This document shows, in pieces, positions 40,353 through 49,418 of a stretch of DNA of 64,000 bases; position 1 is the stretch's first letter, and every line of letters begins with the position of its first letter. Made by a program: the position numbers and the translations under genes. The notes beneath the pieces are model-generated. The model was not told the DNA's origin, did not search any database, and saw only the letters and a list, made by a program, of their open reading frames with translations. Origin of the DNA: a virus (taxonomy: Duplodnaviria; Caudoviricetes); the IMG/VR virus record IMGVR_UViG_3300028603_000018, positions 64,001-128,000 of that record; one strand, written 5' to 3'.

Positions 40353-41811
40353 AATTGTTAAAGCTAGTATTCCACTTACAGCTCTTTGGACTGAAAATGA
40401 TTTAGTAGCCACTGCATACGAAGGCTCTCCATTAGCTTTACTAATTCATCATCAATTAGAAAAGAATATTCAAAGTAATGTTTTTTATGCTTCAAATAAA
40501 GACTTTGGTAATTCTGATTTAGAAACTCGTTTAACGACTATTGCTAATAATCTAGCTAACATCGGTTCTCTCAATGGTGTTGAGTCTGTAACGGGTATTG
40601 ATACTAACCAAGTCTTAGATACGCATATTAGTGCTGCTGCTGGTAAGATTAAACAACATATCAGTATTATTAAAAACGTCGTTAAACCTGCTGTTATGGA
40701 TTTAATTGAACGTATTAATGCTGCTTTAAAATCCGTTACTAATGAATCGATCTTAGATGTAGAGATTATTCAGTTTGAAGTCCCTAAGAGTTTTTCTAAT
40801 AACTTCTTTGTAGCACCTCTTGGTAAGTACCAAGATAAGGATAATGCAATTCCTTATAAGTTAGTTGGTTTACCTAATTTAGACTGGACTACTTTAGTTG
40901 AGAAATTAGCGATTGGTGATTCTGAAGTTGATGACGAAAACTTAAGCTTTATTCTGTCTGCTGGTAAAGAAAACATCCAGCAACTATTTGATTCTGTTTT
41001 TGGTAATGGACAATCTCCAGTTAAAACTAATAAGAATATTGGTGATTTCTTAAAAGATAGTAAGTTTAACACCCAATACAACTTAGCGATGTATCTGTGG
41101 GCTAATAACTTTTTTGATAATCCAGTAGAAGGCACTAATGCTACCTTAATTGATTACAATAATCAATTAGCAGCTATTCGTGAAATGGCAGGTGCTAATT
41201 TACAGCGATTAGTACAAGTACATCAAAGTAACTTAGAAAGTAAAGTCTTAGTTAAAAGCTTTGGTGATGGTTATGTTGAAGTCTATTCCAACGTATATGA
41301 AGACTTTTTAGAAAATGGTGGAGTGCCAGAAGCATTACTGGGTCTGATCTACTCTGATAGCAAGTCTTATACGTACGATAATATCATTGCTCGTACTGCT
41401 GAATTAGAGCGTATTTGGAATACTCAAGTCGGTAGTCTTAAGCTCAATGAAAAAGCTCGTCGGGCTAACTTTATTTATCGTATTGCTCTAGCTTCGTTTC
41501 ATGAACAGATGTTAGAGGAGCAAGACGGACAAGCAGGACTGGATAATAACATCCTCTCTATTTTAGAGAAAGCACGTAATATTCTAGACGCTCTTCGTCC
41601 TGAAGAACTCAATAATATCACTGAAGTCTCTTTACTGTTAGAGTGTAGAGCGCGTTTTCCTAACACGGCTTCTGAGCAATTCTTACGAGATATTGTTGAT
41701 GTAGTGGCTGATTGTCCTGATACTGATGTAGAAGAAGCTGCTGCTGTAGCTACTCTGCGTTATATTACGACTTGGATCTCAAACCAACTCTCAGTTAAAT
41801 ACGCACGTTAA
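40339..41811 (+). CDS. Virion/head protein, phiKZ gp177-like
   Basis: 490 aa; lies between the RNAP beta and protease genes; HISIIKNVVKPAV and FLENGGVPEALLG motifs. Confidence 0.55.
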   Translation: MLSDKIVKASIPLTALWTENDLVATAYEGSPLALLIHHQLEKNIQSNVFYASNKDFGNSDLETRLTTIANNLANIGSLNGVESVTGIDTNQVLDTHISAAAGKIKQHISIIKNVVKPAVMDLIERINAALKSVTNESILDVEIIQFEVPKSFSNNFFVAPLGKYQDKDNAIPYKLVGLPNLDWTTLVEKLAIGDSEVDDENLSFILSAGKENIQQLFDSVFGNGQSPVKTNKNIGDFLKDSKFNTQYNLAMYLWANNFFDNPVEGTNATLIDYNNQLAAIREMAGANLQRLVQVHQSNLESKVLVKSFGDGYVEVYSNVYEDFLENGGVPEALLGLIYSDSKSYTYDNIIARTAELERIWNTQVGSLKLNEKARRANFIYRIALASFHEQMLEEQDGQAGLDNNILSILEKARNILDALRPEELNNITEVSLLLECRARFPNTASEQFLRDIVDVVADCPDTDVEEAAAVATLRYITTWISNQLSVKYAR

Positions 41812-41825
41812 TAAAAAAGCTAATT

Positions 41826-42548
41826 ATGGATATTTCTACTTTAAAAAGAGATCCAGCATTAGTAACCAGTAAACTCATCAGTAGTGGCGATCAATACTTA
41901 GCCAAAGAAAGAATTAAGATCATGATTCCTGCTTTCTATGAAGCAAAGCAATTAATGACTTATGGTACAGAAACGTACTTTCTTGGTTTTTATTGTATCA
42001 TCACTGCTGATGGTCATTATGCTATTGACATTGCTCCGACTATGATTCAAACTGAACCTAGTCAAATCACCCGTGTAGATATTGATGATATGGAATATAT
42101 TGTCATGATCTATGATAAAGGTGATGCAGTTATTGCTAATGATAACGTTGTAAAAAACGAAGCTATTGGTTACGCTGTCTTTAACGAGATTCTCTCTAAA
42201 GGGTTATTCCCTTGGTGGATGACTTATGAAGATGCTGCTAAAGTATTTTCTAAAATGCGAGAATTCACAGGCTCTTCTGTAGGCGATAACCGAGTACTTT
42301 ATGAAGTTATTATCTCTACATTAGCGCGAGATCCTGATAATAAATCATTACAATATCGACAAGGCTTTAGTAATAAAGCAGAACTAATTTCTAGACCTCC
42401 TTCTTGGGCACCGTTACGAAGCGTTCAGTACTCAGCTACTAACACCGTAGCTAAAATATCAGGTAGTTATTTTGAGGAAGGTGTTATTAGTGCTATTAAT
42501 GACCCTACTGATCGAATCGAGCGTGGTGAGAAAATCCTAAGACTTTAA
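41826..42548 (+). CDS. Conserved protein, phiKZ gp176-like
   Basis: LKRDP start, KG.FPWWMTYED and ATNTVAKISGSYFEEG motifs; synteny. Confidence 0.6.
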   Translation: MDISTLKRDPALVTSKLISSGDQYLAKERIKIMIPAFYEAKQLMTYGTETYFLGFYCIITADGHYAIDIAPTMIQTEPSQITRVDIDDMEYIVMIYDKGDAVIANDNVVKNEAIGYAVFNEILSKGLFPWWMTYEDAAKVFSKMREFTGSSVGDNRVLYEVIISTLARDPDNKSLQYRQGFSNKAELISRPPSWAPLRSVQYSATNTVAKISGSYFEEGVISAINDPTDRIERGEKILRL

Positions 42549-42567
42549 CTAAGAGAAAAAAATAAAC

Positions 42568-43383
42568 ATGCTTAATTCGATTGTGTTTGAATGCACAGCT
42601 ATGAGAGGGCTAAATAAGAAAGGCATTATTCCAGCAATGGATGAGTACGGCTATAGAAAAGTCGTACTCGGTGCTTTAAATGTATTTAGTCGTAAAGGTG
42701 AATACTACGCTTTAGAAGGTGCTGAAGATCTATTTAAGAATAGTTCTATCTTCATGAGGAAAGTAGAAGGCGAAGCATTACGAGGAGAGTTAGGTCATCC
42801 TATTCCTACTCCTGGTATGTCTGAGGAACAATTCTCTATTCGTATTCGTCAGGTCATTGAACCTCGTATCTGTTTACATATTCGTCGTGTCTGGTTAGAT
42901 CACACTAATGTAAAAGACGATATGGGTAGGACTGTCATTGCTATTATGGGTGAAGTCGCTCCTAGTGGTGAATTGGGTCATATCCTAGAGAAAGCGTTTA
43001 ATAATCCTTATGAGAACGTGGCTTTCTCTATTCGTTGTTTCTCTGATGTAGACCGCTCCTTTGGCGGAGCTGTTACTCGTAAGATGCGAGAGATTGTGAC
43101 TTGGGATTATGTATCTGAACCTGGAATTAAAGTAGCAGATAAATATTACAGTCCTTCTCTAGAAAATAACGATATTATCCTACCTAAAAAGCAAGAGATT
43201 TTAAGAGCTGATACAGTAGATAACCTGATCAATCGAAAATACTCTAGAAGTTTCTTAAGGAAAGTAAGTGAAAATAAAGATCTTACTTATTCTGAAGAAT
43301 CTGTATTTTTAACAACTGATGAGTTATTTACTAGCTTAGGTTGGAATAATGTAGAGAAACCACCCGCTTTCCATAATTGGTAA
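42568..43383 (+). CDS. Prohead maturation serine protease (phiKZ gp175-like)
   Basis: LRGELGHP (catalytic His), NVAFSIR (catalytic Ser), TWDYVSEPG; C-terminal SPSLE candidate autocleavage site. Confidence 0.85.
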   Translation: MLNSIVFECTAMRGLNKKGIIPAMDEYGYRKVVLGALNVFSRKGEYYALEGAEDLFKNSSIFMRKVEGEALRGELGHPIPTPGMSEEQFSIRIRQVIEPRICLHIRRVWLDHTNVKDDMGRTVIAIMGEVAPSGELGHILEKAFNNPYENVAFSIRCFSDVDRSFGGAVTRKMREIVTWDYVSEPGIKVADKYYSPSLENNDIILPKKQEILRADTVDNLINRKYSRSFLRKVSENKDLTYSEESVFLTTDELFTSLGWNNVEKPPAFHNW

Positions 43384-43388
43384 TTTAA

Positions 43389-43438
43389 CAGCATAAATGG
43401 GAGTCTTAAATGACTCCTATTTATGACGTCTTTTTTTT
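43389..43438. terminator. Terminator (GCATAAAT family)
   Basis: CATAAATGGGAGTC-TTAAAT-GACTCCTATTTATG followed by a T-tract. Confidence 0.75.
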
Positions 43439-43552
43439 ATATCTTAACTAGAATTAACGCTTAAGTAAAAAGGATGGTCTTTTCCCTTACGATGCTTTAG
43501 ATGTATGGTGTCGTAATAGAGAGTCTTATTGACTTCCTAATACATTGGTTTT

Positions 43553-44233
43553 CTAATCAACGCGTTCAAAAACTGGTCTCCAACATCGGTATAATGTATA
43601 AGCACCACCACTATTAATGACATTAGTAGCACTTGCTTTGTCATAAGGTCTAATATCCGTAATACTTGGGGTGCTCCAGCCATAACCTATAATAAAAGCT
43701 TGATTCTCGTTATTAGCGTTTACTTCTCTACACCAAAAAGATTGCTCTCTAGCATTTACACTATTGGCTGCTAGATTAGCGTATTTTGGTCCTGTATAAG
43801 TATACCCCCAACCATTATATACGGAAGCTGATAAAATTGGTAAAAATAATCTGCAAAATTCACTATGGTTAGGTTCTAACTTCATTGCATTTACATAACT
43901 AGGTAGGCTATGGGTTTCATCACTTACTCTAATAGCCCTGCAAATATATTTTACACCAGCTATCTCTATCTCTACTCCATGGATGAGACCTCTGCTATTT
44001 AACGCGTTCCAAGTTACAGATTGATAAACGTTAGAACTGGGTATATATAATTGCTTATCATCTAAAGTAAAAGATAACCAACTACTACTATTTAAACTAG
44101 TTCCACCACTTAAACCAAAATGATTGACTAAGCTAGCGTTAGTCATTAAACCACCAACTTGACCATGATACATGTAAGGGACTTTTATCCTATCCCCTCC
44201 ATCTACTGTTTTTATTAATAGTTCTTTACTCAT
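43553..44233 (-). CDS. Putative fibre/virion protein, phiKZ gp131-family-like (MSKELL family); start ATG 44233
   Basis: MSKELLIK; G..LN..SWL.F.LD.K.LYIP...VTW..L...GL..G...KY..R; C-terminal WRPVFE; paralogous to the C-terminal half of 51727-53313. Confidence 0.55.
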   Translation of the reverse strand: MSKELLIKTVDGGDRIKVPYMYHGQVGGLMTNASLVNHFGLSGGTSLNSSSWLSFTLDDKQLYIPSSNVYQSVTWNALNSRGLIHGVEIEIAGVKYICRAIRVSDETHSLPSYVNAMKLEPNHSEFCRLFLPILSASVYNGWGYTYTGPKYANLAANSVNAREQSFWCREVNANNENQAFIIGYGWSTPSITDIRPYDKASATNVINSGGAYTLYRCWRPVFERVD

Positions 44234-44256
44234 GTTAAATATCACTTATATAAATA

Positions 44257-44294
44257 AAATAGGAGATCTTCTTAAGGATCTCCTATTTATGCTG
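44257..44294 (-). terminator. Hairpin of the GCATAAAT family between two co-oriented genes
   Basis: AAATAGGAGATC...GATCTCCTATTT followed by ATGCTG. Confidence 0.6.
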
Positions 44295-44302
44295 TCTTTC
44301 CA

Positions 44303-45247
44303 TTACCACGTAGCTAAATCAATACCTTCTGGCGGTGTATACTCAAACCATTTATTTTGATAGGCGATTGGAGATGATGTACTGCCGCCATATGTGTATA
44401 TTTTATTATTATAGTGAAATAATAATGGAGAACTTAGTGGTTTACCATTAAGGTGAGGATGTACTGCATCATTTCTTAATGTTATATCTGTGAAAGTTAA
44501 AGTAGTTAAATCTAATTTAGTGAAGTTACTATCAAACAAATATAAGTTCTTACCGACTTGAACGTAACCGCAATTATTTTGATTAATCGCATTAGTAAAA
44601 TTAATAGCCGTAAAAGTTTCAGTTAGATGATTAAATAGATAACCTTCCCTAGTAGAAGCAGAGGCTCCCGTTCCTAAGAGATAAAAATCATTACCTAACC
44701 TAGCATTTACAGAAGGTTGAAAAAAATAAGGCCATTCTGTTAATGTAGTAAAGGTAAGACTAAACGTATCTAGATTTAACTTAGCTATTCTTTTTAATGC
44801 GCTGTTAAAGAGATATAAAATATTTCCAAATTGCACACCAGGAACATAAGAAAAGTCTCCTAAACCAACTATTTGTCTGGTTGTCAGTTGTGCTGTATTT
44901 AAATCGATTTCATAGTAAGTATTAGGGGTATAGACTCTGGGGTATGTTAATGTTGAATCGTCATCTGTTATTAGCCTAGAACCACTGAGTGCTTTACCTG
45001 TTCCTTCAGGGTCGTTAAAGAAACTCCAGTTATTTGATGGGATGTGATAAATTGATACGTATCTAGGGGGATCTATGCCATAACCCCTATACCCTCCTCG
45101 CATCACTAAATATTCACCTTTACTCCATGAGAGTGTTATAGAAGTACCTGTACATATTGAGTCAGGACTGCTTTGCATCTCAGTAGCTTGACGCCACCCC
45201 CCCTCCATCTTGTTAGATGAGGTGGTTATTAAGAATTCTCTACTCAT
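44303..45247 (-). CDS. Kelch-like beta-propeller protein (MSREFL family)
   Basis: Repeats YLVMRGGY, GNILYLF, GNDFYLLG, GKNLYLF and NNKIYTYGG; ends WFEYTPP. Confidence 0.7.
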   Translation of the reverse strand: MSREFLITTSSNKMEGGWRQATEMQSSPDSICTGTSITLSWSKGEYLVMRGGYRGYGIDPPRYVSIYHIPSNNWSFFNDPEGTGKALSGSRLITDDDSTLTYPRVYTPNTYYEIDLNTAQLTTRQIVGLGDFSYVPGVQFGNILYLFNSALKRIAKLNLDTFSLTFTTLTEWPYFFQPSVNARLGNDFYLLGTGASASTREGYLFNHLTETFTAINFTNAINQNNCGYVQVGKNLYLFDSNFTKLDLTTLTFTDITLRNDAVHPHLNGKPLSSPLLFHYNNKIYTYGGSTSSPIAYQNKWFEYTPPEGIDLATW

Positions 45248-45256
45248 GTTATTTCA

Positions 45257-46534
45257 TTACCAAATAGTTGTTGTAGATATCTTAGCTAAATAAGCAGATG
45301 CTGATCTAAAAGGCCAATACGGAAAAGCTCCAGTTCTAGCATCATCAATATTATCTAATTCATCTTCATTAGTTGTTCTGTATAGATAATGATCGTCTCT
45401 ATTTTCTTGTACACTTAATGACCATAATCCACCAAACTCTGTCTTACTCCAATAATTACCAATAACTCCTCTAGCCATGAATAAAGGATAATCAGGTTTT
45501 ATTCCACTACCATAAGAAAGAAGTCCCTTACCATTTCTAAAGACAAAGACTTTTTCCTTAATAACATCTTTAGCCTTTAATAACACAATAAAGGATTGAG
45601 ACATAGTTAAGTACTTTGTAATAACTTCATCTGAATAGAGTTCTTCTTTACTTACAAAGTAAGGATTAATAGGAGATTGACTTAAACCTAATTGAGTCAA
45701 ATCTAAGAAACGTCTTGAATCTAAATAACGATCAAGAAAGTTAAATGAAGAGAAGTCAACATTAAGTAAGTTTACACCTGTTCTAATAAATAGTCCATCT
45801 TGGTAGGTATGTAGATAACCACCAATAACTAATAGAACTGTACAATCTTCACATTCGCTATCTATCTTAATACCAAACCCATCTTTCATAGGTCTGTTAT
45901 CAGAGAGTTTAAAGAGTTTATCTTCAGTAATAGGCTCGAAGTGTAGTTCACCTAAATTCTCAAAACTAATCAATCCAACATGATTAACTTGTGCAATATC
46001 TAAAGACTTTACACAATCTCTAACATAAGCACCATTCACATCATAGTCTGTCGCATGGATATAACCATTGATACTAACTAAGATATGTTTATAGAAATGT
46101 TCGAAGTCTGTATCTTCTCTAGTTAACTTAATACCTGTTTTACCATCTTTACCTTGATCATCAATACTAGATGAACCATCTGTCAACCATACCTTATACC
46201 CAGCTCTAAAAGCATCTTGGTATTTTACAAAGTGTTGCTTTAATTCTGGGATGATGTGTTGTGTAGGTAAGGTGTTATTACCATTAAGTACTAACATCTC
46301 AGCTACAGTTTGTTCTGTACCACTTAACTCTGTGCGTATTTCTTCAGCGTCCAGAGATAGTGTCTCTGGTAAGATAGGATGCTGTAGAACAAACACAACT
46401 TCTCTATATTGGTTAAATAGATCAATACAACGAATATTACTACTATCAATCTCTTCCCATTGACTAAAGGGTTCTTTACTTTTTACGAAAGTAGTTATTA
46501 AAGTATACATATTTAGAATCTCTTCCCTAATCAC
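45257..46534 (-). CDS. Virion structural protein, phiKZ gp130-like
   Basis: VKYQDAFRAGY, LVSINGYIH, LVIGGYLH and YLTMSQSFIV motifs. Confidence 0.6.
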   Translation of the reverse strand: MIREEILNMYTLITTFVKSKEPFSQWEEIDSSNIRCIDLFNQYREVVFVLQHPILPETLSLDAEEIRTELSGTEQTVAEMLVLNGNNTLPTQHIIPELKQHFVKYQDAFRAGYKVWLTDGSSSIDDQGKDGKTGIKLTREDTDFEHFYKHILVSINGYIHATDYDVNGAYVRDCVKSLDIAQVNHVGLISFENLGELHFEPITEDKLFKLSDNRPMKDGFGIKIDSECEDCTVLLVIGGYLHTYQDGLFIRTGVNLLNVDFSSFNFLDRYLDSRRFLDLTQLGLSQSPINPYFVSKEELYSDEVITKYLTMSQSFIVLLKAKDVIKEKVFVFRNGKGLLSYGSGIKPDYPLFMARGVIGNYWSKTEFGGLWSLSVQENRDDHYLYRTTNEDELDNIDDARTGAFPYWPFRSASAYLAKISTTTIW

Positions 46535-46650
46535 TAGTATTAGTACTCAATGGATTACGATTAAGAAGATAATAGGGCAAACTTAATGATATAGTCCTGA
46601 ACGACATATTTTTTTATTTAAAATAAATAACTGCCTCGGAGTTTTTCCTC

Positions 46651-49404
46651 ATGGCTACAAGTCCTATCGTACCAACCTATCCCTTTGATCCAACAGGGAC
46701 TGCTGTTAGTAATAGAGTTACTAATGAGCAACATCCCTTAACGGCATCGAATTATAGGGATTACCAATTAATTATTCCGAGATATGCTCCGTTCTATGAG
46801 ACGGGACTTGTCTTGCGTTATCGAGATTTAAGTGGTAATATTCGTCCATTAACATTTGGTATCGATTACTATTTAGGTCACCAGTTTCAATCCGCTAGTC
46901 GTAGTGTTGGTAAGAGTTTATATGGTTCTATCTATATTCTAGATAAAACGCTCACTGGTATCATTATTATTGATAACTACCAAACTATCGGCGGTATGTG
47001 GAATATTGACGAGAATAAGATCGCTGAGATTTTAGCTGATCGAACTCATAATCCACTAATCACAACTTGGGAGCAAGTCAACGACTTACCTGTTTATTTC
47101 CCGCCTATCGACCATCCATGGAATATCTATGACATGGTGGGTATGAGCGATGTTAAAGAAGCGTTAGATAGCATTCAAGATGCTATTCGTGCTAGTGGTG
47201 AAGGTAGTATTGATGACCACATCAATAACCATAACAACCCTCACAACGTAACTAAAGCTCAAGTCGGTCTAGGTAATGTTAATAACTATAACATCGCAAC
47301 AGATGCTCAGACCGTAACAGGTACAGCTACTAATTTATACGTCGTTCCTTCTGGTGTTAGAGCGGCTATTACACAACTCGCTATTACGCCATTAACGACT
47401 CACACTAATAACTTATCAAATCCCCACAATGTGACTAAGGGACAAGTGGGACTTGGTAATGTTAATAACTTTGCTACCGCCACTATTACCGAAACCACTA
47501 TTGGTTCTAGTTCTAGTTTATATACCACACCTGCTGGTGTACGAGGTGCAATTGATGAACTCGTTGCTATTCCGTTAGCTGATCATATTAACGATCAATC
47601 TAACCCTCACCAGGTCAATAAAGCCCAAGTGGGTCTGGGTAATGTGAATAACTACGGTACTGCAAACAATAGTCAGACAATTGATGGTGTAGCAACCGAT
47701 CTTTACGTAACACCTGCTGGATTGAAAGCTGCGCTCGTAGCAGCAGGAACAGGTGGTGGTGGTGGTGAGATTTCTGATCACGTTGCTGATATGAATAACC
47801 CCCACCAAGTCACTAAGACGCAAGTGGGTTTAGGTAACGTAGATAACTATAGTACTGCTACTGTCCAAGAAACTGTTTTAGGTGCTGCAAATAACTTATT
47901 TGTCACACCTGAGGGAGCTTCTGCACTTATTGAGAATTTAGTTGGTACTTCATTGACCAACCACGTTAGTGCTATTAATAATCCTCACCAAGTCACTAAA
48001 GGACAAGTAGGCTTAGGTAATGTAAGTAACTTTGGTACTGCTTCAGTGGCAGAAACACTTGAAGGGACTTCAGAGAATTTATTTACTACGCCTTTAGGAG
48101 TATTTACTTTAGTTAAGAATTTAGCTGAAGATCCTCTTAATGCTCACGTAGCTAATACTAATAATCCTCACAGTGTGACTAAGACGCAAGTAGGATTAGG
48201 CAGTGTTAACAACTATGGTACAGCTACCCCTGCTGAAGCTAGTACAGGTACAGCAAATAACTTATATGTAACACCTGAAGGATTAACTAGCGCTATTAAT
48301 ACTAGAGCTGTTACTCCCTTAAATAATCACCTTAGTGACACTAATAACCCCCACAGTGTAACAGCTGCTCAGATTGGTGCTTACGATCAAGGACAGGTTA
48401 ATACACTTCTTCAATCTAAGTTAAATACTACTGCAACTGCTGCTGACAGTAGTAAGTTAGAAGGTAAGACTTTAGCTGAAATCTTTACTGATGTCGCTGC
48501 TATGACTGTCGATAACAGTAATAAATTAGAAGGTAAAACACTTACTGAAATCAAGGCTGAGATTGGATCTGGAGAAGCTGACGATACAACCCGTTTTGAT
48601 GGTTATACAGTTACAGAATATGCTGATTACATCATTAAACAGAATAAGACACCAGTTTATGATACTATCTTAGCTCCTGTAGGTAATGCTTCTACACCTG
48701 TTGAATACTATATTCCTTTGGATGTAGGTTTCATTGATCCAGTTTCCTCTACTAATGTGCGAGCTGCTCTATATCGTTTTGATTTATTTAGCACTAAAGC
48801 AGAAGAGAAATTGGTAACGAGTTACTATATTTATCAAAAAGGCTCTGTTATTCGCTGGTATGGTAATAATGGTAGTGATATTGTTAAAGGTGTTTATTAT
48901 GCTTTTAGTAGTGATGCTGAAATCATTGATGAAACCACTTTTAATAAAGTATATCTGTACCTGCACTTAGAATATACAGGGTTAGCTGATAGATCTATTC
49001 GTGTTACTCGTTTAGCTGGTGAGAACAGTGGTAAGATTGATCGTGATACATATCCCATCGTACCTACCTTACCATCTGGTGCTTTTGCAGCAAGTGAAGA
49101 TCCTGATATTATTCAGAGCTTTATTGGTCCTCAGGGAGTTGCTGGTGAAGATGGTGAGCAAGGCGTTCCTGGTGTAGGCGTAGAAAGAGAATTAGTCACA
49201 GGCACACTTAATCCTTCAGATTTTATTGAGATAACTGAATTTGATTGGGACAGTGTTATTCAAGCTATGGTATCTACAGTTGCTGATCCTGATGATTATT
49301 TTGATGCTATTTCTAAACTCACTATTATTAGACGCTCAACTAACATTACTGTTACTAACGTTTCAACCGAAACTCTGAACTACCGAATTACAGGTATTAA
49401 ATAA
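46651..49404 (+). CDS. Tail fibre protein 1 (phiKZ gp145/146-like N-terminus) with 7 NPH repeats and a short collagen-like segment
   Basis: YPFDPTG..SNRV.NE.H, IIP..APFY and FPPIDH N-terminal domain; ~61-aa NPHxVTKxQVGLG repeats; GPQGVAGEDGEQGVPG. Confidence 0.75.
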   Translation: MATSPIVPTYPFDPTGTAVSNRVTNEQHPLTASNYRDYQLIIPRYAPFYETGLVLRYRDLSGNIRPLTFGIDYYLGHQFQSASRSVGKSLYGSIYILDKTLTGIIIIDNYQTIGGMWNIDENKIAEILADRTHNPLITTWEQVNDLPVYFPPIDHPWNIYDMVGMSDVKEALDSIQDAIRASGEGSIDDHINNHNNPHNVTKAQVGLGNVNNYNIATDAQTVTGTATNLYVVPSGVRAAITQLAITPLTTHTNNLSNPHNVTKGQVGLGNVNNFATATITETTIGSSSSLYTTPAGVRGAIDELVAIPLADHINDQSNPHQVNKAQVGLGNVNNYGTANNSQTIDGVATDLYVTPAGLKAALVAAGTGGGGGEISDHVADMNNPHQVTKTQVGLGNVDNYSTATVQETVLGAANNLFVTPEGASALIENLVGTSLTNHVSAINNPHQVTKGQVGLGNVSNFGTASVAETLEGTSENLFTTPLGVFTLVKNLAEDPLNAHVANTNNPHSVTKTQVGLGSVNNYGTATPAEASTGTANNLYVTPEGLTSAINTRAVTPLNNHLSDTNNPHSVTAAQIGAYDQGQVNTLLQSKLNTTATAADSSKLEGKTLAEIFTDVAAMTVDNSNKLEGKTLTEIKAEIGSGEADDTTRFDGYTVTEYADYIIKQNKTPVYDTILAPVGNASTPVEYYIPLDVGFIDPVSSTNVRAALYRFDLFSTKAEEKLVTSYYIYQKGSVIRWYGNNGSDIVKGVYYAFSSDAEIIDETTFNKVYLYLHLEYTGLADRSIRVTRLAGENSGKIDRDTYPIVPTLPSGAFAASEDPDIIQSFIGPQGVAGEDGEQGVPGVGVERELVTGTLNPSDFIEITEFDWDSVIQAMVSTVADPDDYFDAISKLTIIRRSTNITVTNVSTETLNYRITGIK
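47215..48385 (+). repeat. Tandem ~180-190-nt coding repeats (7 NPH units)
   Basis: HxxxxxNPHxVTKxQVGLGNVxN...ATxxE...GT..NLYVTP.G repeated in the translation; synonymous sites have diverged. Confidence 0.85.
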
Positions 49405-49418
49405 AGGTATAATAAACA